This document shows, one piece after another, positions 45,562-56,992 of a DNA stretch of 64,000 nucleotides (positions are counted from its first letter, which is position 1; each line of letters opens with the position of its first letter). The stretch comes from Rhodosorus marinus CCMP1338. Lineage: Eukaryota > Plantae > Rhodophyta. A model generated the notes under the pieces. The model was not told the origin of the DNA. It saw only the letters and a list, made by a program, of their open reading frames with translations, and ran no database searches. The stretch is taken from positions 434,001 through 498,000 of the forward strand of contig JAMWBK010000012.1 in the NCBI GenBank assembly GCA_029953675.1, written 5' to 3'. Both the position numbers and the translations under genes were made by a program.

Positions 45562-46189
45562 GGAGGTGCATTCCTTGTTTGTGAGGAAGACCCTCACCCA
45601 CAACGCACAGAGTCAAAAGTCTTTGTTGATATCGGTTGTAGTACGGGGTTGCATATAGCCGTCTAACTTCGGTGTTTCAATAAAAGTGAGAAGCGTTTTC
45701 ATACCATCGCTTGCCTCGAAGACGATGGGCAGAAACACATCCCGTGGGCAATGGTCCTAAAACGGGAATCCTTCGTCGGCATATCTTAGTCGTTTCGATT
45801 GGGAACGAGGGCCACCGCGTCGTGCATGACAAGCTAAAGACTGGCTCAAGTCGTGAAGAACAATGTAACTAGTTCTAGGGTGCTTCTAGTATGGTTACAA
45901 TCTCAAACATGGTCCTCCCTGCATGTCTTCGTAATGTCCTGGACTAACGTAATCCATTTATAGGACTGGACTGGACTGGAGAGCACCACCGAAAGCTTCA
46001 ACAGGGACATTGGGCCGAGGAGCGCGAGCACCACAAGAATCGAACACCTCCGATCTATTTGTTCATTCCGATATTGACTTATGCAGATGCAACCAGCGCC
46101 CGCTCTGTACAGTGTGAACTCATGTACAAGTCCTCCACTCCTCTCTGGCGTTGCTCGTCTTGGCCTGACTTCAATGAGTAATCGTGTGG

Positions 46190-46345
46190 CGTTTTTACTA
46201 TCATAACCTGAACCGCTCCTGCAGGGCGTGAAAGGTAGCCAGGAACTAGGGAGAAAAGCGTGCAAACCCAGGAGTCGATGCCGCGGCTCGGCGAGCCTGG
46301 GCTAGAACATCGCCAGGGAGCGGCACTTAAACGGCGTTGGAGTCT
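46190..46345 (-). mobile_element. Old family A 3' fragment
   Basis: Decayed hairpin/3' UTR and aaagcgtgcaaacccagg. Confidence 0.6.
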
Positions 46346-46502
46346 CGTTTCAGTCAGTGCGATACATGAAAAGGCCCCCAACGAACTGCACATGATCATC
46401 CGCTAAAGGTTTGCAGATGTGCTATAAATTTGTTAGCACATTACGACTGATCTGCACGTATCCAATGCTCCCCTGAAGCTCCACGTGAATACCTTCTTGT
46501 TC

Positions 46503-47540
46503 CGCCCCGGGGATTCGTCCTGCGCCTGAACCTGTTCTAGGGGAGATTGACCCAGTGGTTGCCGCAGAAGAAGAAGTTCCAGTTGATCCTCCTGATGATT
46601 CCCAGCGCGCTGGGAGCCGAGCTCAAGCACGCACGGATGCGCTGCAAAATATCCTTTCTTGGGACTTGCACCGTGCTGCATATGGCCGACTCCTCGCGCA
46701 GATGGTCTCATCTTCTCGCGCTCGCGCCCGCCTACGTAGTCTTGGAGGGGTTATTAGCTCTCAGTGGCTCATGACCGTACCAGCCTTTCCGCCACTCACA
46801 CTGTCGGATTTCGAAGTGCGTACTTCACTGCGCTTATACCTCGGCTTACATCAGCCCCCTTGGCCGTACGAGATGGGTTCGTCGTGCCCTCTCTGCTCTC
46901 AGACTGAAGACAACGCAGATTTTGGCGCCCACCTGCTCGCTAGTTGCCCGGCGGTGAAAGGTGCTCGAACCCGCCGCCATACACGGATCTTGAACCTGTT
47001 ATACCGGGAACTTCGGCCTATAGTCCGGCAAGCCGGTCTGGAAATCGAACGTGAGAAACCTTTACCCGTCGCGGACTTTCAAAATGATGAACGCCGTGTA
47101 GCCGACCTGGTGATCACCTGTGACGACAGCCGCCGTACCACATACGTTGATCTTGCTGTTCCTAACCCTCAAGCTAGTCGTTATCTCCCGGCTGCGGGGG
47201 AGCGCCGTGGATCTGCCGCCGCCAGCATGAGACGCCGCAAAGAGATCAAATACGCGGGGGCTTTGTCTTCCCCTGGTGTTCGTGCTTCGGCACTAGCACA
47301 TCGCTTGGTACCCCTGATCATTGAGTGCTTTGGGTTCATGGACTCTGTTGGTTCTCGCTGGCTTCGGGAGTTGTTCCGCGAACGCCCTGACCGTCTTCAA
47401 TCGTTGTTTACCCGTTTAAGTTTCCTGCTGTGGCGCATGAATGCCGCTTTGATGTTGGAGGCGCGAGTACTTCGCCGCGCTTAGTCTTTTTTTCCCCTCG
47501 GGGTTTTTTTTTTCAGCCTCCGATTAAAACCATTCGTTCG
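46503..47540 (+). mobile_element. Young family B 1.04-kb 3' fragment with 9-bp TSD
   Basis: ORF 46555-47484 is open; TSD ttcttgttc at 46494-46502 and 47541-47549. Confidence 0.95.
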
Positions 47541-48874
47541 TTCTTGTTCAGTATGGTCCGTTATAAGTCCAGATCTGGGACCCTATGGGTCAATCGAAAA
47601 GGCGGAAACCAATCAAGCTCATATTGACTGAACTTAGATGGGGGGTTTCTGGCAGTCGGACTTCGTCACTGATAAGCGCTCTGCGAGTGGAACAGTTGGC
47701 GAATGCAATGGTTCCTGTTTTTCAAGATCTTGGAGACTGGATTCGTCTATAGACTGATCCTAGAAGCAGTCAAGTGTGTTTGGTTGGGAATAAAGTAAGA
47801 ACAAAAGGAATCTGCGCTGCTCATATACATTGGTTTTGTTAATAGACAATGACTAGAAACGCACCAACCAGCAACCTACCCCATGTGTAGGCCAGTGGAT
47901 GCCGGGCAAGCATGAGTAGTTCTACTTTGACTTTTTGGTGAGGACATTGAATAGGGTTTGGGAGTTTGGTCTTGATGACATTGAGAATGTGCTAATCTGT
48001 GATCATCTCCCGTAGTTGAAGCTTTCAGCGGACTACAGACGCCAATTCTGAACCCTGGGCTTTCAGCCGAATCCTTGCTCATCTCTTTCGTCCCGCACTC
48101 TTCGTTGCGCGTTCGTATCTTTTTCATTGAAGAGGCTTGAAGCCTGTGCTTCGTTTTTCTTAAGGACTAGGCCCAATATTCAAGGATGCCCTCTAATAAG
48201 TCTCGCTTTCTTGAGTTTTCTGCTTGATGCTCCCTCCTCCTAGCTGTGTCAAGTCGTTTTGATGGAGAGTCTCTCAAGTTTTAAGATAATAAGTTGATGT
48301 TTAATCTGTTCACGTGAGGCAGCACCCCCGCAGCCTATGAAATTTGAAGTTGAGGTCAAAAGTATATGTTCGACGGGGTCCCTTCACAGATCATCGAAAA
48401 GTTCGATCTTGCTGTCGGTGATGCTATCGAGCACCGCGGAATGCCCAAGTACGTCCGTCCCACTCAACCAGTTTTCCGTGTCTCCTACAACTGAATTCAT
48501 GCTGTTGCCCTTGTTCGTCTCATTCTTGGTTTTTTGGTCACTGTCGGTCAAAGTCAGGCTCGATCCGCGCAGCCGGAAAGACCTCATCGAACCCAGCGAT
48601 GCGAGCTATCTTCCTTCTCAAAACTCAACAAAGAACCTTTTCTCGTTGCTCAACAATGTTCAGATCCAGTTAATCCTCTTCTAGTCTCCTCCCTTATAGC
48701 CCCCGAACCCATGATATACTGCTTCATACCTAAAAAGTCCTACCCATCCCCAGCGAACGCTCGTACTCCAGTTGTTTCTCCCCACTTACACATTACTCCA
48801 GATCTCCCACGACTTCTACCGATCTCGGGAATATGAGACCATCTGCGCGAGAAGAGTGGTGTTGTGCCGAAGAA

Positions 48875-49480
48875 AGAATTGAAAGAACGTGTTCAATCGA
48901 AGACTGAAAAAAAACCAGGTGGGGAAGGGAAAAAAAAGGATTATGGTCGGCGAAGATTGCGCGCCTCCAACATCAAAGCAGCGCTCATACGCCACAGCAG
49001 AAAGCTTCGTCGGGTAAACAACGAAGAAAGAAGCTCAGGGCGTTCTCGGAATAACTCCCGAAGCCCTCGAAACACGGAATCCACAAATCCGATTCTGAGT
49101 GTGGTGTGCCAGGTCTTCCGGGTAGCTTTTCCCTTTGTTACTAGTCTTCACTCTTTGATTGGTCAAGCGCCAGCTTATGACACCCTCGGCCCTTGCTCGC
49201 ACTCCTTCCAGGCGTGGACCGGTGTTTCAACAGGGTGACCCCTTGGCGCCACTTTTTGCACGCCTGTGGGCTTCAGGTCGCTTTTCTTAGCCTGGGTTCA
49301 GAGTTCCCGGAGGTCCACACACGTGGGTTACCACGGTGATGCAGACATCAATGTGGTAACTCAGGCTCAATGAGACAGATCTCATTGAGCCTGCAGATGC
49401 TCTCGCGGCGGCGTACGATCGTCTCCGCACAGTGGCATCCCTCGTCGATCTCGAAGTCAATCATGCGAAATCGTTCTACA
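48875..49480. mobile_element. Old B' 3' end (minus, ~48875-49090) joined to a plus-strand B-type RT piece (~49095-49480)
   Basis: Similarity to the B 3' UTR and to the TGVQQGDP region; possible 5' inversion. Confidence 0.6.
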
Positions 49481-49959
49481 CATGTTCGTGATTCTACTAG
49501 TCCATATCAGGCAAGTGTTCTTCCGGTGATATCTGACCCCTATCATGGATTGCCGTTACCCAATTCGGGGTCTTGCGCTGGAGTTTTCCGACTCGTAGCA
49601 AACAATCCGGCGACACAAGCCCTTGCAAACTTCCATGTCAAGTCATCGTCATTGAGATGGTAACAAAACTCTCGCTTTCTTGTCCAAGTACTGTGCCTTT
49701 GGTTCGTGCTCCCTGCGTAGCACAGTCTTTGTCATCTTCCTCCATGCGCGCAGTCTTGCTTCGCCTGAGTTCGTAGGCTCTCTGGGTCCGGTTAGCTATG
49801 CTCAATTGCTCTCCAGGAAACCTTCCATGCGGTTCTTTCTAATTTGAGATAGAAATGTTTACCTCTCACTTCGACTCTACTGCAGCCACGGGATGTCGTG
49901 AGGCCAAACCCAAACTCAAGGTCTGACTAAACGGGTGGGTGAAACCCCCTAGTACAACT

Positions 49960-50430
49960 AGCGAAGCCGCAGACCATAGCCGCCATACGACGTACGTTGA
50001 TCTGGACTTTACTAGCATAGCCTGAAAACGTTGATCTTGCTGTTCCTAATCCTCAGGCTAGCGGTTAGTTGCCGGCGGCGTGAGAGCGCCGTGGATTTGC
50101 CGCTGCCAGTATTAGTAAAAACCACCAGTACGGGACGTCGCAAGGAGTTGAAATGTGCGGGGGTTTTGCCATACCCAAGCATTCTTGCTTTGGCTCTACT
50201 CATCGCCTTGTAGCTCTGGTCATTGAGTGCTTTGGGTCTGGCTTCCGTGGTTTCTCGTTGGTTTCGGGAATTTGTTTTTTGTTCCAGGAACGCCCTAACC
50301 GTCTGTCCTCGTTGTGTACTCGTTTAAGTTTCTTGCTGTGGCGTATGAACGCTGCTTTGATGTTGGAGGCGCGCGATGTTCGCCTCGTTTAGTCTTCATT
50401 TTCCCTCGGGTCCCCGATTAAACAAATTCA
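49960..50430 (+). mobile_element. Old family B 3' fragment containing a 24-nt family A insertion (50004-50027, minus)
   Basis: TYVDLAVPNP remnant; A insert flanked by TSD acgttgatct (49994-50003 and 50028-50037). Confidence 0.85.
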
Positions 50431-52146
50431 TCCAGTACAACTCAGCAGGACCCTGACATTAAAAAGCTGACCTTTGTCAGCGATTGCCAACAGAGCAAAG
50501 GACGAAAGGGCGCAGGACCACCAGACTACTGTTGGGCTACAAAACGGCAGCCTATTAATATCTCGTTCTTCTGTTCCTCTCAAACTTTGTTTTCAAGGCA
50601 ACAGACCTGTCGATATATGCGATTAATCTCTAAACCCGACATCCAGTTTGTCATCGAAATAGACGAGAACAATCACTTAAGTATGTAAATCTCAGCAAGA
50701 CCAACCAAACCCTTGCCCTCCTTCCCAATCCGAACCTGAAACCGACAGTTCCAGCCTTCCACATGAGAACGGACGCCAGCTGACAGTAGCTTTTGAAAAT
50801 ATTGGGGCCCCCTGTCGATCAGAACATATTTATTCTGTCGGATCAAAAGGGTGTACAAGTTTTCTAGACAATCATATTATTTGTATTAGGTACAATTTAG
50901 AAGGGTTAATTTTCGAAGTTGGAAGTTTACTGGTTTCTTAAATTCCCCCCTCCCCGCGCGTGTTTATCATATACCCCCTTGGGCGCTTGTGGGTCCCAAA
51001 AGGTGGTTTCCTAAATCCGATGTTGTCTGACGGTGTGAGACCGCTCTGGTTGGTTCCCTAGCCATGTTGGATGATTCTTGACTGTGCGAGACCGCTCTGG
51101 TGGGTTCGATCGGTCCGCGAACGTAGAATTGCAGCTCATATACATGAAGCGCGCAACCAAGCGTCTCTAACCTCTCCACGCTTGTTGACTCAAGCTGGAA
51201 AATAAGAGCAAGCGTTCAAAACCACCACCGGAGAGAAAATCCGCATGGGCGAACTGGAATAAAATCTGCATCCGCACCTGAAAATGGTATCAAAACTCTC
51301 CAGGCGCCCGCTCATGGTTCTATCTAGCGGCTGGAGGGCGGGCTGTGGATCTATCAATGCCGCTAGGTGACGATACGAAGGTGCCTTGTCCTTCCCCCCG
51401 GACCTCGAACTTCGACTTTAGCACATCATCTGATACCCTCGATAATTGAGTGTTTTGGCTTTATGGATTCCATTAGTTCCCACTGGCTTCGCGAATTGTT
51501 CCGCGAGGTCTTTGCCATATTAAAATCTGTTGAGCTTTACATCGCGAAGTCAATACGCATTGGAGCGGAAGCCACATCACACATCACGTCCAGGAGATGA
51601 TGGCAGAGCTCGTCATAGGTAAGAATGGATAAGCTGATGGCAGGATAGGTGAGAGAAGAGTCTCTAATAGGTGAGGTTTGATTTGTACACCTAGGTTTGA
51701 ACCCCGACCTCCATACCAGTGATAGAGTATCTGTTTAATTTATACTGATAGCTTGGGGTTTGGAAGACTGCCGAGTAAAATCCACGAACGGGACTGAAGC
51801 GCTGGACTGAAGCGCTTGGCTCGGGTTTGACGTGGTCGCATCGACTGAACAGGGCGGCTGCCACGCCAGTCTCCATTCAAAAGACCGCTGTGGAAAGTGT
51901 TTTTATGGCAACAAAGGCCCCGCGCCCTCAGTTGGCGTTTGTCAGTTGAGTCTCAGATTTTTTGAGGGGGACTGTACGAACGATCCCGGCGAGGGGCAGC
52001 CTGGGTGGTACATGGATCAGAGCTCATCATCATCATAGGTTTATACCTCTGCGTTATAAGAATAAGGCTGAGCCGTCCTGAGCAGAGGTGGTTAGAACTC
52101 AAAACTAATCAAGAAGACGACTGGAACAAGGGAAACGAGGCAGAAA

Positions 52147-53238
52147 ATGGCGAAAACGATACTGTTCGGATGCGTTTTGGTGGGGGCGCTCTATGTGAGC
52201 GTCGCCTTGGGTGCCAATGTGGTCGCTATCACTGGTGACACTCAGGACACGATTCAGGTCAATGATGTGGATACGTTGAGTACGGTCCAGACCATTGTTC
52301 AATTTTTAGCCGTGAAGCTGTCGCATCTCATTTCGTTGGAGAACTATATATACGCGGTGGGGGTGAACTCGGCGGGCGAAGGTGTAGTTCTCCAATTCGA
52401 AATTCTGAACGGAAACAACAAGCTTGAGTTTGTGACCTCGACATCGTATGGTACTGAGTGCACACAACCGTCCGCGCTGACTGCGACCTACGACTACAGC
52501 GACGAGCCGGCCCTGGCAATGTCGTGCATAGGTTCGGGAACGACCTTAGTGATGGATCCTGAGACGCTGCAGTTGATCCAGCTCTATATTCTACCCGAGA
52601 TATCGGACATCAGTGCCTCGAAGGTCGGGGATGTTGCGATGACCGCCAATTACCTCTACGCCACCTACACAACCCTCCCGCAGAGTGATGACGACAAGAG
52701 CGAGGGATTACTTGTCCAGTACAGCACGGACAGTTGGGAGATCGTCAACTGGTCAATCATTCGTGGACCGTCGTCTCACCTCAAGATCGGCGGAAGTAGT
52801 GATCTGTTCCTGACTTCAACGGGCAACGGTGCATCTTACTTGAGCCAGTTGAACCCGAACACCCTCGAGGAAGTTAATCGTAGAAATCCCCAAGGCTTTG
52901 AATTTCTCCAGATGAACTTGACGCCCAACCTGAAGAGTCTCTTCCTGTACATCCAGAAGTCAGGCCTCAACGCTGGAAGGGTAAGAAATTTCGACCAGAC
53001 AAAGTACCCGGCCGAGAAGTCCTGCGACGACGTCCGAATCGAACTCTCTCCGGCTACAAGTCAGCCTTTGGTCTTTGGCGAATACCTTTTCATCAGGTCC
53101 AGCTCCTCGATGACAAGGTTCACCTTCGGTCATGGATGTCCTCGTCAGAAATCTCAGACATCCTATGGCCTAACAGAACCGGATAACTACAGCACCTCGA
53201 TCGCTATAGCCTGCCGGTCGTGCGTCTCGATCTCTTAA
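52147..53238 (+). CDS. Secreted beta-strand-rich hypothetical protein (363 aa), possible beta-propeller
   Basis: Signal peptide MAKTILFGCVLVGALYVSVALG; intact ORF. The fold is inference. Confidence 0.8.
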   Translation: MAKTILFGCVLVGALYVSVALGANVVAITGDTQDTIQVNDVDTLSTVQTIVQFLAVKLSHLISLENYIYAVGVNSAGEGVVLQFEILNGNNKLEFVTSTSYGTECTQPSALTATYDYSDEPALAMSCIGSGTTLVMDPETLQLIQLYILPEISDISASKVGDVAMTANYLYATYTTLPQSDDDKSEGLLVQYSTDSWEIVNWSIIRGPSSHLKIGGSSDLFLTSTGNGASYLSQLNPNTLEEVNRRNPQGFEFLQMNLTPNLKSLFLYIQKSGLNAGRVRNFDQTKYPAEKSCDDVRIELSPATSQPLVFGEYLFIRSSSSMTRFTFGHGCPRQKSQTSYGLTEPDNYSTSIAIACRSCVSIS

Positions 53239-53849
53239 AGTGGGTTTGAGCCTGCGAGGTAGAAATCTCTCCGTCTTAAAGCTCTGCAGCGCTGAAGAAT
53301 TCTTAGTGAGAACGCGAACTGGATGCTCCAGCTTATCTGGAGAGCCAGACTATGAGTTCTTTTGAGAATGGTGTAAATGTGTTGAATGGAGAGGAATTTT
53401 TTCTCTCTATCTCACCCTGTATGTCCCTCTCCCCGTACCTCCCCACTGCCATCCACCCGTTTGAGGAGTCGTGATTTAGTAAAGGCTACTATGAAACGAA
53501 CATCTGTGTTGAACGGCAGACGACGGAAATATCGGAAACATCTGGTGTGCGATTTGGGTTCAGTTGGATTCGAACCCATCATGTCTAAGCGCAGAATTTT
53601 GTTCTGCTCCCATTGGTACCTCAACCAGCCTTGATTCATAACCCGCGGACAGACTCTATCCCGGGATGGAACAGGAATGTGTGCGCAGCGCTGAAACACT
53701 GTTCTTGAGGTTGGAATAAAGGGTGCAATGAGTGATGTAAAGTTCCTAATCCTCGCTCTGTCTGTAGCTCTGAAATCCGTCTACTTTACTCCCGTTTGGC
53801 GGATCTCACTTCACGTCGCTTTTCGACAAGTGTTTACGACCTTGTGAAC

Positions 53850-54360
53850 GTTCAGGCGGTAATCTCCCAGTGCTTTGTGGGTTTCTGGATTCCGTTGGTT
53901 CTCGATGGCTTCGGGAAATTGTTCCACGTACGCCCTGACCGTCTTTCCTCGTTGTTTACCTCTTGAATTTTCTTCCTGTGGCGTATGAACGCTGCTTTGA
54001 TGTTGGCGGCGCGCGATCTTCGCCGCGCTTAGTCTTCTTTTTCCCCCCGCGTTTTTTTCCTTCAGCCCCCGATTAAACACATTCGTTCAATCTCAAACCT
54101 GCAAAACCACACTCGTGGACACTAGAGTTCTCCGGTAGACGTCTTATTCATACGATGATCGTCAGTTCTTTTGAGCGGGATCCACTCAAGCACTTATGAT
54201 TCGTGCCCAGATCAACTCTTCTCGTTTTTACCCGTTTGAGTTTCCTGTTGGGGGGTATGGACACTGCTTTGATGTTGAAGGCGCGCAATCTTCTTCTTCA
54301 GAAACTTTTTGTTCCGCTCGGGCTTTTGCTCAGTCTCCGAATAAACACATTCATTCATAT
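53850..54360 (+). mobile_element. Two older B' 3' fragments (~53850-54090 and ~54200-54360)
   Basis: LLWRMNAALMLAAR remnants; attaaacacattcg and aataaacacattcattc tails. Confidence 0.75.
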
Positions 54361-54441
54361 CTTTCCCACGAACTTGGTTTTCACACCTCATTCAAACGAA
54401 CTTCTGTCGTTCCAGTGCCGACGTGAATTCCGAGTGAACTG

Positions 54442-54457
54442 GACTTTACTAGCAGAA
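54442..54457 (-). mobile_element. Family A 16-nt tail-only insertion with 12-bp TSD
   Basis: ccgagtgaactg (54430-54441) gactttactagcagaa ccgagtgaactg (54458-54469). Confidence 0.85.
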
Positions 54458-54472
54458 CCGAGTGAACTGAAT

Positions 54473-54935
54473 CGAACGAATGGTTTAATCGGAGGCTGAA
54501 AAAAAAAACCCCGAGGGGAAAAAAAGACTAAGCGCGGCGAAGTACTCGCGCCTCCAACATCAAAGCGGCATTCATGCGCCACAGCAGGAAACTTAAGCGG
54601 GTAAACAACGATTGAAGACGGTCAGGGCGTTCGCGGAACAACTCCCGAAGCCAGCGAGAACCAACAGAGTCCATCAACCCAAAGCACTCAATGATCAGGG
54701 GTACCAAGCGATGTGCTAGTGCCGAAGCACGAACACCAGGGGAAGACAAAGCCCCCGCGTATTTGATCTCTTTGCGGCGTCTCATGCTGGCGGCGGCAGA
54801 TCCACGGCGCTCCCCCGCAGCCGGGAGATAACGACTAGCTTGAGGGTTAGGAACAGCAAGATCAACGTATGTGGTACGGCGGCTGTCGTCACAGGTGATC
54901 ACCAGGTCGGCTACACGGCGTTCATCATTTTGAAA
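54473..54935 (-). mobile_element. Young family B 3' fragment
   Basis: Near-identical to 47075-47540. Confidence 0.95.
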
Positions 54936-55113
54936 GAGACAAGTCGACGCAGCAAGCCGACAGTGTTCAGAGACATAGAGAAACTGCACCCTACCTCTGC
55001 CTGAAATTACGGGGAAAAAATTGACATCTAGGTGGGCGGAAGAACGAAAAAACTAAAGAAAAAGCCTACAAAGAAGGTTGTGTGGGTATGTGCGGCCATC
55101 GATGTTGGAACTG

Positions 55114-56683
55114 GCTTTATTGGACTGGACTGGACTTTACTAGCATAGCCTGAAGCGCTACGCAAGGCGTGAAGATGAACTAATAACTAGGGAGGGAAGC
55201 ATGCAACCCCGGGCGCCGATGGCGCGCCTCGGAAAGCATGTGGCTGGAATATCCCCAAAGGGAGACACTTAAACGCCTCAAGAGCGCCAAATATTCAGTA
55301 GGATGTTCAGCAAAACATTTCCGCAACCACTCTAAACCCGACTTATCCACGTGACCAAAGCTTTCCACAATGAATAGCTGGAACCGGTGAGAGCGACCCT
55401 CAGCGCAAGGCAGACTGGCCATGCTCTCAGCATACCGTCGTTCCTTAACTCTTCGAAGGGCTGAAGCCGCGGCCCCCCGGCGGCGGGCGGCTGCGGTGAG
55501 GTGGGCGCTGGCCACGGGGCAGGTAATCGCAAGGTCCACATATGTTGAGCGTCTGGCAGCAGTGTCGGAGACGAGGAGATCGGCTATACAACGGGGCGGG
55601 GCAGAGTCCGAGATTGATCTGGGCAGTTCCGACTGAGCCTCAACCGTATGCCCTAGCCGAGTCAAAAATTCGCTGAGGATGTACTTGAGGCGAGTGTGAC
55701 GCCTCGTACGGAGACCTCTCAACAGTCCGCAGGAACCCAGGAATTGGTAGCCACAAGCGTCAATCCGGCTCTCACATCCCTGACAGAAAGACGGCCGATT
55801 AGAGTGCCACGGAGCCTGTGGCAAACCGAGATAGATCCGTGAGGCAGAACGGAACTGGAAAGCATCGAGACGATGACTCAATGACGACGGTAGAGTGGTT
55901 AACCACAAGTGCGAGAGGTGGCCTCCCATGCCGCGGAGACGAGCGGCAGTGGTAGGCGGCGTGAGAGGAGAATTGAGCATGACTGTGTGAGCGGCACTGT
56001 GTTGGCCCCAGGTGAGGCTATGTTGAATCACATCAGTGCGGGAGCTCCACAATCGGCTCAAACCCGGGTAGTCTGCAACAGGTGACCCGGGGCTAGCCTC
56101 TCCGTCATCGGCAAGAACTCGGTCGAGGGGAGAATTTTTATTTTTTTTTGGCTTTATTAGCATAGCCTACAGCGCTACGCAAACCGTGAAAAGGAACTAA
56201 GAACTAGGTAGGGAAGCGTGCAAACCCAGGCGCCGATGGCGCGCCTCGGCAAGCATGCTGCTCGAATATCGCCACAGAGAGACACGTAAGCGCCGCAAAA
56301 TTTCCAAATATTCAACAGGATGCTCAGTGAAACATTTCCACAACCACTCCAAACCCGACTTCTCCACGTGACCGAAGCTTTCCACAATGAAAGGCTGGAA
56401 CCGGTGGGAGCGACCCTCAACGAGAGGCAGGCTGGCAATATTACCGTCGTTCCTTCACGCGGCGAAGGGCCGAAGCAGCTGCTCCCCGGCGGCGGGCGGC
56501 AGCCGTGAGACGGGCGCTTGCCACTGGGCATGTAATCGCGAGGTCAACATATGCTGAGCGTCTGGCGGCAGCATCGGAGACGCGGAGATCTGCGATACAG
56601 CGGAGCGGTGCCCTATCCGAGACCGATCTGGGTAGTTTCGATTCCCCCTCAACCGTATGCCCTACCCGAGTCAGACATTCGCT
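55114..56683 (-). mobile_element. Composite insertion: young A (55114-56131) + oligo(A) linker + A' (56150-56683) inside one 12-bp TSD
   Basis: TSD atgttggaactg at 55102-55113 and 56684-56695. Confidence 0.9.
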
Positions 56684-56702
56684 ATGTTGGAACTGCATAT
56701 GC

Positions 56703-56978
56703 GATGAATGAACGAACGGGTTTAATCGGAGGCTGAAAAAGATAAAAACCCCGCGGAGAAAAAAGACTAAGCGCGAGGGAAAATCGCGCGCCTCCAACAT
56801 CAAAACAGCGTTCATACGCCACAGCAAGAAACTCAAACGGATATACAACGAAGGCAGACGGTCAGGGCGTTCGCGGAACAATCCCCGAAGCCAACGAATA
56901 CCCAACGGAATCCATAAACCCAAAGCACTCAATGACCAGAGGTACTAGGCGATGGCCTAGAGCCGAAGTGTGATCAAA
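56703..56978 (-). mobile_element. Family B' 3' fragment
   Basis: RERPDRLPSL...LLWRMNAVLMLEAR; tail aaacccgttcgttcattc. Confidence 0.85.
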
Positions 56979-56992
56979 GCACCTCATACTGG

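Noticed and set aside
51685-51755. tRNA-like B box on the minus strand (ggttcaaacc)
   Set aside because: No cloverleaf can be folded.
53555-53630. Degenerate tRNA-Leu-like 3' half on the minus strand (GCAGAA/TTCTGC stem, GGTTCGAATCC)
   Set aside because: The 5' acceptor and D arm are missing and the anticodon loop is too short; at most a relic.
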